From an uncultured virus (IMG/VR IMGVR_UViG_3300032092_000024) (Duplodnaviria > Heunggongvirae > Uroviricota > Caudoviricetes), in the IMG/VR virus record IMGVR_UViG_3300032092_000024: a stretch of 64,000 bases of DNA; one strand, written 5' to 3'. The notes below the pieces were generated by a model. The model made no database searches. It was not told where the DNA came from and saw only the letters and a program-made list of their open reading frames with translations. Below are positions 1 through 8,216 of the stretch, one piece after another; the stretch's first letter is position 1; every line of letters begins with the position of its first letter. A program made the position numbers and the translations under genes.

Positions 1-938
1 GTAGAATTAGAAGCTCCGCCACCGCCGCCACCTCCGCCGGGTTGGGCTCCATTCCCACCTGTTCCGCCAACAACTCCAACTGAAGTTGAAGAACCTCCCC
101 CGCCCCCGCCCGTTCCGCAAACAACACAGAAAGAATTTGAAATTTGAGTTACCGCGGCTCCATTTGCTCCGCTTGAGCCGCCCACAGCCCCACCCGCAGA
201 ACTTGTACTGTTTCCGCCTAATGTCCCCGCAGCTTTAGCTGGTGCTCCTGCAAAAGCAGTATTTGTTGGGGATGTATTATCAATTGATCCTCCGGCCCCA
301 CCCCCTCCAGCATAACCACCGCCCCCGCCAGATCTGCCAATCCGTAAAGTTGTACCATCCCCGCCAATTCCGCCCAGAGTGTTATTTATATCTGCCCGAT
401 CAGCAACACCAATCCCCCCAACCCCGCCGGACCCACCAACTGCTCTTACCACCTTGGAGGTACCAGAAAGAGTGACAATTGTGTCGTTGCCGGTAGTGCC
501 CGCAGTTCCATCCCCAGCGGCAACGGGAGCGCCAGATCCTCCGGTTCCTATGGTTACAGCTATTGAGGTTAAACCGGTAAGAGAACTGGTTGGCAAGTTG
601 ACATCAGCATAATCTCCCGCCCCTCCCCCTTGACCCCCAAATTTATTGTTCCCAAGTGTCACATTTTTCCTACCACTTCCACCCCCGCCCCCTGAACCAA
701 CTGCTATAACTCGCAAATATTTATAGGCGCTTAACTGAGTTGTTATTGCTAATGATCCAGAGCTTGAAAAATCAGTAACATTTATTGACCCAACATTTAC
801 GGTAGATTGCAACGCGGTAACATCATCATTCAAAGTATCAAGTTGAGCCTGAATTGTGGCCGGAGGGGGAGTCGTATTAGCCCCGGCTGTTCCGCAATCG
901 CAATCTCGGGCGTAGTTATCGGGATTAGGAAAACTCAT
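1..938 (-). CDS. Glycine-rich tail fibre/virion protein (3' end outside window)
   Basis: Not in the ORF track. ATG at 938 gives MSFPNPDNYARDCDCG...YLRVIAVGSGGGGGSG; the window edge in the same frame reads GGNGAQPGGGGGGGGASNS. Gly-rich pattern typical of phage fibres. Confidence 0.7.
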   Translation of the reverse strand, partial: MSFPNPDNYARDCDCGTAGANTTPPPATIQAQLDTLNDDVTALQSTVNVGSINVTDFSSSGSLAITTQLSAYKYLRVIAVGSGGGGGSGRKNVTLGNNKFGGQGGGAGDYADVNLPTSSLTGLTSIAVTIGTGGSGAPVAAGDGTAGTTGNDTIVTLSGTSKVVRAVGGSGGVGGIGVADRADINNTLGGIGGDGTTLRIGRSGGGGGYAGGGGAGGSIDNTSPTNTAFAGAPAKAAGTLGGNSTSSAGGAVGGSSGANGAAVTQISNSFCVVCGTGGGGGGSSTSVGVVGGTGGNGAQPGGGGGGGGASNS

Positions 939-945
939 CGCAGTG

Positions 946-973
946 ATTATGCCTGTCTATAATTATGAGTCAA
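946..973 (-). promoter_or_regulatory. sigma70-like promoter, near-leaderless
   Basis: TTGACT-16 nt-CATAAT, then 7 nt to the ATG at 938. Confidence 0.6.
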
Positions 974-980
974 GCAATCC

Positions 981-1373
981 CTACTTGAGAGCAGACCAGT
1001 TGTCCCGCCATTTGCAGTTGGGCTCCATATAAATGGATTTTGTGCGGGGAAGCTTTTCCCTTGGTATAATAAACATAGCGTCCAGAGTTGTATGTAAAAA
1101 GATAAAGGCGTCGCAATCTCCCTTGGTATATAGCCTTTTCTCCATATGGCCAAAACCAGGTCCCCGGATGGCAAAAAACTTTAATTTTCTTCTCTGGCAG
1201 TCATCGCTTCCACCCGTGGTTTTAACTTGGACGCGTACCAGCTTGCCTTTCCAATCTGTTACTAGATCATACCCATCGTCATAGATGGGTAGGCTTACAA
1301 GAAAGCCTTGCTCCATTAACTTGGTGGAAACCTTTTGTACGCCTATTGCTCCTAGTCTAATGTTATTACTCAT
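981..1373 (-). CDS. Free-standing PD-(D/E)XK endonuclease (I-Ssp6803I/PDDEXK_5-like)
   Basis: G..G...V...L...GF.VS.P......YDLV.D..GKL.RVQVKT and a D.FIF motif. Confidence 0.75.
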   Translation of the reverse strand: MSNNIRLGAIGVQKVSTKLMEQGFLVSLPIYDDGYDLVTDWKGKLVRVQVKTTGGSDDCQRRKLKFFAIRGPGFGHMEKRLYTKGDCDAFIFLHTTLDAMFIIPREKLPRTKSIYMEPNCKWRDNWSALK

Positions 1374-1912
1374 AACCAGCTCCTTGCGAGTATTGTACCA
1401 AGGGGTCGACGCTTGCGATAGACCCCATCCCCATCTCTGCTACCATCGTCGTTTGTATTGCCCTCTATCGTTACAGCCCATTTCCCTTCGACTTTTTCGA
1501 GGATACCCGTATGAGCCACGCGTTTAAGACTTTGAAAATAAATCCCAAAGGCATCGGCTCGATCTGGCTTCTTTCCGCGACCTCTGTCCCATGTAGGACT
1601 TTTAACGAAATCTGGGCTCCAAGCAGATCTCGGGAACGGGTTCTCTTTCTTGCCGAACGCTTCATCGCCTATGTATACCACCCAAGCCGCGCACCAGGGA
1701 GCCCTTGTTCCTTCTAGCCCTACTGAGGCTAGGATCTTGTCCACCAAGGGCCCGGAGTTCCCCCGCTCTTCTTTCCACCCGATTGTATCTCGGGCAACTT
1801 CCATAAGTCTTTCCACTCTTGCTCCTCGCGTCGGTAGGATTCCCTGAGCAATTCCCTCTCCGGAACCCAGCAAAGATAAAGATGCCAAAGCCAGCGCATA
1901 GATTATCCGCAT
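1370..1912 (-). CDS. CHAP-domain endolysin with N-terminal signal-like segment
   Basis: PWCAAWV (catalytic Cys), HTGI (His), TIEGNT..GSRDGDGVYRKRR. Likely start is ATG 1912 (MRIIYALALASLSLLG). Adjacent to the holin. Confidence 0.85.
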   Translation of the reverse strand: MRIIYALALASLSLLGSGEGIAQGILPTRGARVERLMEVARDTIGWKEERGNSGPLVDKILASVGLEGTRAPWCAAWVVYIGDEAFGKKENPFPRSAWSPDFVKSPTWDRGRGKKPDRADAFGIYFQSLKRVAHTGILEKVEGKWAVTIEGNTNDDGSRDGDGVYRKRRPLGTILARSWL

Positions 1913-2244
1913 AACAAGGCGAAAGCCAGGACGAGCCCGAGGAACACGGCGATCAAAAGAGTCGCCCGAGTCTGCCCGCCTAACTCCCGCCAATCGTCTC
2001 CCAAGGTATTGTTATCTATGTAGTCATCGAGAAATTTAAACTCTAGATTGATTATTAGCCAAGCTAATGACACCGCAAAGAAAAGCTTAACTGCCGAAAA
2101 GAGCACTACGTGTAGGGCGCCAAGATCCACAACACCCGCACCGGGGGAAATATTCTGAAGGATAGGGCCTAAAGCAAGAAATAAAACCACGCTACATGCC
2201 AAGGCCCCAAGACCTTGTGCGTTGTCTTTTAGCCACTTTTTCAC
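1903..2244 (-). CDS. Holin-like membrane protein
   Basis: 113 aa with about three hydrophobic segments, directly upstream of the endolysin. Confidence 0.65.
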   Translation of the reverse strand: MKKWLKDNAQGLGALACSVVLFLALGPILQNISPGAGVVDLGALHVVLFSAVKLFFAVSLAWLIINLEFKFLDDYIDNNTLGDDWRELGGQTRATLLIAVFLGLVLAFALLCG

Positions 2245-2637
2245 TTAAAAGAGTTTAAGAATAGGAAACAGATTACGCAAGGCCAAAAATGCGGGTAGTA
2301 AGAGCATCCCGCCGATACCAATTAAACGCCATTTCCAAAGCATACCAACGGCTTTACTGTACTTGGCCTCAAGATATTCAAGCCTCTCGGCCATTTCCGA
2401 ACGTTCTTTGAAGTTCTTATCGACCTGAGACTGAAGCTTCAGGATCTGGTCTTTGGTATTGTCCAGCTCATCAGCCACGGGCTTGCAGGCAGGGATAGAA
2501 CGAGCTATGGCTTGAGCTTTTAAGACTGAATCAGTTGTGGCCTGAAGGGTGAGTGAACCGGAAGAAGTCGTTCGTGTTGTCGTGGCGCAGGAAGATAAAA
2601 ATAAACAAGCAAGTATTATTATGCAGAAATTAAACAT
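2245..2637 (-). CDS. Putative unimolecular spanin
   Basis: Lipobox LSSC after a hydrophobic N-terminus, coiled-coil middle, C-terminal hydrophobic helix; lies in the lysis cassette. Confidence 0.6.
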   Translation of the reverse strand: MFNFCIIILACLFLSSCATTTRTTSSGSLTLQATTDSVLKAQAIARSIPACKPVADELDNTKDQILKLQSQVDKNFKERSEMAERLEYLEAKYSKAVGMLWKWRLIGIGGMLLLPAFLALRNLFPILKLF

Positions 2638-3622
2638 AAAGGGCTTCTATATTTGAAACTTGAAAGCCTGTACAAGAATTAGCCACAACATCTAGAGCTA
2701 ATGTATCAAAAACAAATGTGGGGGGAGCATTATCGGTATACGACAGTGTGCCCCCGGAAAGAGCTCCACCGGTTATTTTTCCAGTATAAACAATGGTGCT
2801 GGATCCCGTTCTCTTAACTTTCAGTTCAACTGAATAATTATCGTCAAGCAAAACATTCGAAGCAGTTTGATTGGCTACTGGCGCCCAGACTCCAGTAATA
2901 GTATTAACTAAACCCGTATTTGTATTATCTATCGTTCTAGTCAAAATTTTGTGGCTGTTGACGTTAACTGTAGACGAAAGTGTGGTCATGTATCCTCTAT
3001 AACCGGGTGCATTTCCATTTCCACCAAAAAGAACATTTGTTAATCCGTGATTATCGCTGTTCAAATAATAAGGAGACCCACCAATAGAGCTATCTAAAAT
3101 AGCAAACCGTAGAGCATTCGAAATGGAAAGGTCTCCAGGCGAAACTGCTTTGAAATTAAATGAAACAATTATAGATTTTCCAATTTCAAGGGGAAGCAAA
3201 GTCGGGTGAATTCTCGTCCAACCGTTTGCGTCTTGGCCCGGGTTAGCAGGATTTGAAAAAAGTGGGGCGGCAGTACCGCCTCCAAGAGCTGTTTTTCTAA
3301 AAATAGCATGCCCGTATGAGCCACCATAAACTTCACTATTTAGAGCATAAGCGTTAGGAAAAGTATAAACTGGGTACAATTGCTTGTCGCAATTAAAATA
3401 AACTAAAGAATGGCGACCAGAAGCCCCCGTGTTTTGTGTATAAATTCCATTTCCATATTCAATATGTGTAGAAGAACTAGAGCTAAGAATTTGACGATCC
3501 CTAAAAGTAGCTCCGCTAGTTGGCCACCCAATAAAGCTGTCGGAATATAAAGTTCTAGCCTCGCCGGAAAATCCGCTTGCCCTTGGGTGGGCTATACTTA
3601 CGCCTAGACCTAGGTTAGGCAT
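2630..3622 (-). CDS. Virion-associated beta-rich protein (fibre/decoration-like)
   Basis: MPNLGLGVSI N-terminus; S/T/G/N-rich; structural operon. Confidence 0.5.
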   Translation of the reverse strand: MPNLGLGVSIAHPRASGFSGEARTLYSDSFIGWPTSGATFRDRQILSSSSSTHIEYGNGIYTQNTGASGRHSLVYFNCDKQLYPVYTFPNAYALNSEVYGGSYGHAIFRKTALGGGTAAPLFSNPANPGQDANGWTRIHPTLLPLEIGKSIIVSFNFKAVSPGDLSISNALRFAILDSSIGGSPYYLNSDNHGLTNVLFGGNGNAPGYRGYMTTLSSTVNVNSHKILTRTIDNTNTGLVNTITGVWAPVANQTASNVLLDDNYSVELKVKRTGSSTIVYTGKITGGALSGGTLSYTDNAPPTFVFDTLALDVVANSCTGFQVSNIEALYV

Positions 3623-3627
3623 ATAGC

Positions 3628-3915
3628 TTACGCTTTATATGCAATAACTTTTCCGGAAGCTAAAGTGAAACTTGTGAAAGGCCCGTAAATAATAGTCCCA
3701 GCATTTAAAACTAGTGAAACTAAATTTCCGACAGTAGAATTAAGAGCAGACAGAGCCGAAAATTGAGCATCTTCAATAACTTGAATAGCCGCAAAATTTC
3801 CGGGAGTTGCGCTTGTGCCATCCACAAAAACAAATCCACGCTGGCCAAGCGCTACGAGCAAGGCATCGGTTTCTTGGGTTACAGAGGGAGCAATATTTTC
3901 GTCATTCCATGCCAT
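3628..3915 (-). CDS. Small virion structural protein
   Basis: 95 aa ending AGTIIYGPFTSFTLASGKVIAYKA; AGGAG SD and own promoter. Confidence 0.55.
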   Translation of the reverse strand: MAWNDENIAPSVTQETDALLVALGQRGFVFVDGTSATPGNFAAIQVIEDAQFSALSALNSTVGNLVSLVLNAGTIIYGPFTSFTLASGKVIAYKA

Positions 3916-3926
3916 AAGGTTCTCCT

Positions 3927-3954
3927 ATTGTGTGGTCTTATTTTTATTTGTCAA
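3927..3954 (-). promoter_or_regulatory. sigma70-like promoter
   Basis: TTGACA-16 nt-CACAAT upstream of the 3915 start. Confidence 0.6.
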
Positions 3955-4166
3955 CTATGTTTGCCAAAAATCTTTGACCAAAAGAATTCAGCAAAGGTGG
4001 AAATCATGAATGTCATGACTGCTACGACTCCATACCCCATGTGAATATGCTTCTCAACTTTACCGATCCGCTGGTCGTGTTTATCTCGGTCTTCGAGCAA
4101 GGAATCAAGTTTCTCGTCCATGCGGGCGGTACGCTCAAGGAGGGTAACTAGATGGTCATTTTCCAT
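3951..4166 (-). CDS. Small coiled-coil + TM protein (XhlA/holin-like)
   Basis: LERTARMDEKLD coiled coil followed by one hydrophobic helix. Confidence 0.5.
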   Translation of the reverse strand: MENDHLVTLLERTARMDEKLDSLLEDRDKHDQRIGKVEKHIHMGYGVVAVMTFMISTFAEFFWSKIFGKHS

Positions 4167-4419
4167 GACTAAAAATCCTATCTAGGGTTGGGTATAGCCG
4201 TGATTTCATCTTATTGGCAGTATAGCTCTCAACACCAAGCAAAGGCAAGAATAGCTCGAAACACATCTCGAAGGATTCCCGCTCAAAACAGGCTTTTGGC
4301 CTGGCAGGCTTCTTGCCGGCGTCAAGATCCTGAAGATCGTTCCAGGCTTGCTTGACAACCGCCAAGATGAGCTTGTCCACGGCTTTACGCCATTTCGTTC
4401 GACGACATTCCTTTTTCAA
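4156..4419 (-). CDS. Hypothetical protein
   Basis: Fits the operon; true start may be GTG 4380. Confidence 0.45.
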   Translation of the reverse strand: MKKECRRTKWRKAVDKLILAVVKQAWNDLQDLDAGKKPARPKACFERESFEMCFELFLPLLGVESYTANKMKSRLYPTLDRIFSHGK

Positions 4420-4633
4420 CAGCTTGAACCATGCTCATGTCTTCTTCTGGCATTTCGGTTTCAGTTTCAACTTCGACTTCTTTACCGGGAGAAACTTCTA
4501 CACCTTCAACTGCCGAGAGATACATGGTCGGTCCTTTAAAATAGCCGCTGGCCATGAAGTCGAATGCATCGCCTTCTTTTACACCTTCCGGGGGTGTAAA
4601 GCCTTTGGGTACGGGGAATGAGATATTTTTCAT
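4385..4633 (-). CDS. Hypothetical acidic protein
   Basis: 82 aa, operon-contiguous. Confidence 0.55.
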   Translation of the reverse strand: MKNISFPVPKGFTPPEGVKEGDAFDFMASGYFKGPTMYLSAVEGVEVSPGKEVEVETETEMPEEDMSMVQAVEKGMSSNEMA

Positions 4634-4661
4634 AAGAGTTGTCTTTCTTGAAAGAGTATGA

Positions 4662-4687
4662 TCCCCCGGGGGATAAACCCCGGGGGA
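4662..4687 (-). terminator. GC-rich hairpin after the capsid genes
   Basis: TCCCCCGGGG/CCCCGGGGGA 10-bp stem; weak U-tract. Confidence 0.5.
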
Positions 4688-4698
4688 CCAATTGATTT

Positions 4699-5001
4699 TT
4701 AGGCGTTCAGGTTACGGAGCACGGTCAAGATAGTATTTATCTTGCCCACGATCGTCTGAAGGTCGGCTGCGGCATAAGTTCCGCTAGCGACAACAGTCGA
4801 TGTGGCGCTGGGCGTGCCGGCATTCGTGAGGGCGAGTAAGCTCAAAGAGCTAACTGTATCGCCCGACACTCCTCCGGTAGCTGACCCAACGGTTGCTACG
4901 GTGCTTCCTGCTGTGCCCCATTCGGGACCGTTATTAACGGCACCACGAATTTGAGCTGCCAGGACGTTATCCTGAGTACGCGTTTGAAGGGGGAAGCTCA
5001 T
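4699..5001 (-). CDS. Head decoration/fibre-like protein
   Basis: Directly after MCP; A/T/S/G-rich; ends KINTILTVLR; N-terminus shared with 24568..25638. Confidence 0.55.
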   Translation of the reverse strand: MSFPLQTRTQDNVLAAQIRGAVNNGPEWGTAGSTVATVGSATGGVSGDTVSSLSLLALTNAGTPSATSTVVASGTYAAADLQTIVGKINTILTVLRNLNA

Positions 5002-5024
5002 TTTTAGAGTTCTCCTTTCTTCAA

Positions 5025-6431
5025 TTAGCTAACGTAGTCAAGGCTGATGCTGGACCGTTTATGCATGATGGCGTAGCCATACTGCGGGAACACGGGCCGG
5101 GCACCGCTCGCACAGACCCCGCGAAAATATCCGACATTTCCGTCCGGGTTCGCTGTACGATCCAAGATGTTAACCCATTTGAACTCACCGCGATAGTTCT
5201 GAGGATTGAATCCCATCTTGTTGGCCGTGTTGATCGGGCTAGGGACTACAGAACGCATTACATCTTGATGAAAGATGTAGCTAATTTCATAGTCAGCCGT
5301 CTCGTAGGCGGGATTGATATCATACGAAGTTCCCTTGGTGGTTGCACTCTTGATGAACGGGTATGTCCGGATGAGGGTATCTTTAAAAGCTCCCGCGGTC
5401 ACGTCAAAAATACGGAACCGAGGAGGATACGCGTCGATCGAATGGTAGAAACCACCATAAGAACGATCAATACCGAGGGGAGTAAGCAACTCATTCGGCT
5501 TGGCATATCGGAAATCCTGACGGATATCCGCATTCAAACGAATCAAGCTCTCACTTGTTTCGGCACCGCAGATCAACATGAACACCGGGGCTCCGTTTTC
5601 ACGGCCCATGGCTTTGCTGCCTGCGCCGTCGCGGACGAGCTTCATGTACAGCCGCTTCAGGATGCCCTGAGTCAGCTGGCTCTGAGGCAACGAGGAGGCA
5701 GTAATTGCGCCGGAGGCAAAAGCCGTGGCGATACCGCTAACAGTTGCGTTGTACACGGCAGTTAAGTCATTTGCTGCTGCTGCGCCAGAGGTTGAGGCAA
5801 CAATCGAGGCGGATGCGGGGTAAACTAAGTTACCAGCATCTGCGACTTGTTTGGTGAATAGATTGCGATAACGATCCTGCCAGATCAAGGAGGTCGATTC
5901 AGTCAAGACATCCATGATGTTGGACAATTGCTCTTTACGCTTCACCGCGAAACGCAAATCTTCGAGAGCAATGTCAGGGGAGTCGATCGAAGCCCATTCT
6001 AGACTGTACTGACGGAGTTTCTGACCGAAGGTAACTCCGCTGAGTTGCTGGGGCAGAACGTTACCCGCAGTGGAGGTAGAAGACACGGGGGGTGTAGATC
6101 CACCAGATAGGGTCTGATCGAAGGGATTGAATCCCTGGTAGGTTTGATCGACAGGATTAGAACCGAGTTTGCGCCAGCCCGAGCCAGCGTCTGCGGTAAT
6201 TTCACCAGAATTATAACCAGTGACTGCCGATGTTGCGTTAGCAATAGTCAAGGAAGGGTAGTAACGTTCGAAAGTGACCGAACTGATTACATCGCCCATC
6301 TCCTCGGGGAATTGTTCCTGTTTAGTTAGTTTAAGCCAAGCTGAAGTGTCGATCGTCCGGCGATAAATCTCCGGTCCGATACGACCCGCTTCTTTAACAA
6401 GAAGCTGTTGGATATCATAAGTAGTAGCCAT
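5025..6431 (-). CDS. Major capsid protein
   Basis: 468 aa after portal and scaffold; strong SD (GAAAGGA); own promoter; downstream hairpin. Confidence 0.8.
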   Translation of the reverse strand: MATTYDIQQLLVKEAGRIGPEIYRRTIDTSAWLKLTKQEQFPEEMGDVISSVTFERYYPSLTIANATSAVTGYNSGEITADAGSGWRKLGSNPVDQTYQGFNPFDQTLSGGSTPPVSSTSTAGNVLPQQLSGVTFGQKLRQYSLEWASIDSPDIALEDLRFAVKRKEQLSNIMDVLTESTSLIWQDRYRNLFTKQVADAGNLVYPASASIVASTSGAAAANDLTAVYNATVSGIATAFASGAITASSLPQSQLTQGILKRLYMKLVRDGAGSKAMGRENGAPVFMLICGAETSESLIRLNADIRQDFRYAKPNELLTPLGIDRSYGGFYHSIDAYPPRFRIFDVTAGAFKDTLIRTYPFIKSATTKGTSYDINPAYETADYEISYIFHQDVMRSVVPSPINTANKMGFNPQNYRGEFKWVNILDRTANPDGNVGYFRGVCASGARPVFPQYGYAIMHKRSSISLDYVS

Positions 6432-6658
6432 ATTAGTAATTTCCTTTCATCCTTCCCCTCACTCACGCAAAGGGTCGGTTGTGATTTATAATAATCCTGC
6501 TAGTCCCTATCGGGGCTATCCAGTCTTACTATGTTCTCAAAACTTTTCCCTGGCGGCATCCCAGAGCTTTTAATGCCCGAATTCTGCGAGACCATCTCAA
6601 TCTTTATAGGTCTTGTTCGGAAAGGGTCTCAATCTTTATACCTATACCGAACTAGTTA

Positions 6659-6686
6659 AAAGTATCAACCGGGTGGAGCGTGTCAA
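6659..6686 (-). promoter_or_regulatory. Capsid promoter with ~220-nt leader
   Basis: TTGACA-16 nt-TACTTT. Confidence 0.55.
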
Positions 6687-6701
6687 TAGCTTTCAGCTAA
6701 T

Positions 6702-7910
6702 TTATTTCATTCCTCGTTCTAGAGCATCTAGAAAGCTAATATCAGCTGGCATTTCTGGGGCGCTACCCTTATCTCCACCAGAAGACGGCAGTGTAGCCCG
6801 AAGTTCTTTGGAGAGCTTTTCTAGTTCAAAAATACGGGACTGTGTTTTAGCCACATAATCCTGGAATACGTTCATAACCACGGGCATTGCGGCGGCATTA
6901 AAGGTCAACTTAGCTTTAGCCCTAGGGTCAAGCTCAGTATTCTCAATCTGCATGGCCTGCTGTTGGATGTTGTTTAAGGTGCTATTCCAAGCTTCATTCC
7001 CCTCAATAGGGCGCAATAGAGCATTTTCTTTTTGAAGATTTTGCCACTCAGATTCATAAGCAGTTTTAACCTCTGATTCCATTCTTTGCTGGAGGGCCGT
7101 CGCTTCCTTCTGCTCTTCGGCTTGGATCATCTGTAACACAGTATTAACATCTTTAGTTAGAATTTCTCGTCTTTCAAATACTTTTTGAAGTTCTTCTGCC
7201 TTGCTTCGAATAGCTAGGGAATCTACTGGGTCGAATGCGCTTGTGGCTTCTTTTAGCAGGGCTCGACGTTTCGCTGCGTCTGGCTCAACCATCGCGGAAT
7301 AAATATTCCTGGGGTCCACCCCCTCGTATAATTTGCTGATTTCAGAAACCTCTTTTTGAATGCTGTTAAGGGGCTCAGTAACTGCCTGCTTGTATTCCTT
7401 AGTAGATTCCAGTCGGGAGAACTTCAACTCATTCTCGTACTCATCGCGTTCCTGCTTGAGCGTATTAAGCTGGTTCTGCAAATCAATCTGCTCGACCGAA
7501 TTAGTAGGAGCTTCGGAAACTTTGCCTTCAAGTTCTTTCAGCTTTGAGCGTGCTTCGCGCAAATCTTTAGTTAAACGGGCCCAAGCAGTCTGAGCTTCAG
7601 GCTTAAGATTCTCTGGAGCTTTAACATCCGGGTCATCGGAAATGGTTTCGGTTTTTGTGACTTCTTCTTGTCCAGTCATACGCTTGGTCAAAATATCAAG
7701 CGGATTGGTGCTAGAAGACGCATCAGTCTTGGAAACTTCCACAGATTTTGTAGTTTCAGCCGGGGCTGTTACTGCCGTTGCAACGGGTGTTTCAGTTGCG
7801 GGGGCTTTATCTAAAGCCTCAAAAGCAACATCAAATGCGTCGGCAAAGCTAATGTTTTGGGGGGAGGCGGCTCCCGATACTACGGGTTCTGCGGTGGCTG
7901 TTTCGCTCAT
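6702..7910 (-). CDS. Capsid scaffolding protein
   Basis: Acidic disordered N-terminus plus long coiled coil; between portal and MCP. Confidence 0.7.
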   Translation of the reverse strand: MSETATAEPVVSGAASPQNISFADAFDVAFEALDKAPATETPVATAVTAPAETTKSVEVSKTDASSSTNPLDILTKRMTGQEEVTKTETISDDPDVKAPENLKPEAQTAWARLTKDLREARSKLKELEGKVSEAPTNSVEQIDLQNQLNTLKQERDEYENELKFSRLESTKEYKQAVTEPLNSIQKEVSEISKLYEGVDPRNIYSAMVEPDAAKRRALLKEATSAFDPVDSLAIRSKAEELQKVFERREILTKDVNTVLQMIQAEEQKEATALQQRMESEVKTAYESEWQNLQKENALLRPIEGNEAWNSTLNNIQQQAMQIENTELDPRAKAKLTFNAAAMPVVMNVFQDYVAKTQSRIFELEKLSKELRATLPSSGGDKGSAPEMPADISFLDALERGMK

Positions 7911-7922
7911 AGTTAGTGTTCC

Positions 7923-8216
7923 TTATTGTTGGTTGGTTTCTACTGGTTTTGTTTCCCAAGGTTCTGGTAAAGGAGTGGGTTCCTTTATATCTTCGGATAA
8001 CCCTTTAAGTACTCGAAGCGCTTCGTAATATCCTTCTCGTCGTGCGTTTAGAGTTGCGTTCCAGTCAATAAAATCAACGTTCTGAGGTGGAAGTGAAGGA
8101 ATTGGACTCCCAAGATTTAATAGAACTTGATACAAAGATGAACCAGCTTCAGACTTTAAAAAAGCTTTCCACTCGGCTTTTAAATGACTTCTATTATTCC
8201 AATCTTGTAACGTCAT
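7923..8216 (-). CDS. Small head-module protein
   Basis: 97 aa, ATGA overlap with the portal stop. Confidence 0.6.
   Translation of the reverse strand: MTLQDWNNRSHLKAEWKAFLKSEAGSSLYQVLLNLGSPIPSLPPQNVDFIDWNATLNARREGYYEALRVLKGLSEDIKEPTPLPEPWETKPVETNQQ

Noticed and set aside
6595..6640. 14-bp direct repeat as a mini-CRISPR array
   Set aside because: Only two copies, the repeat and 18-nt spacer are too short, and there is no cas operon; the Cas4-like gene is a usual phage exonuclease.
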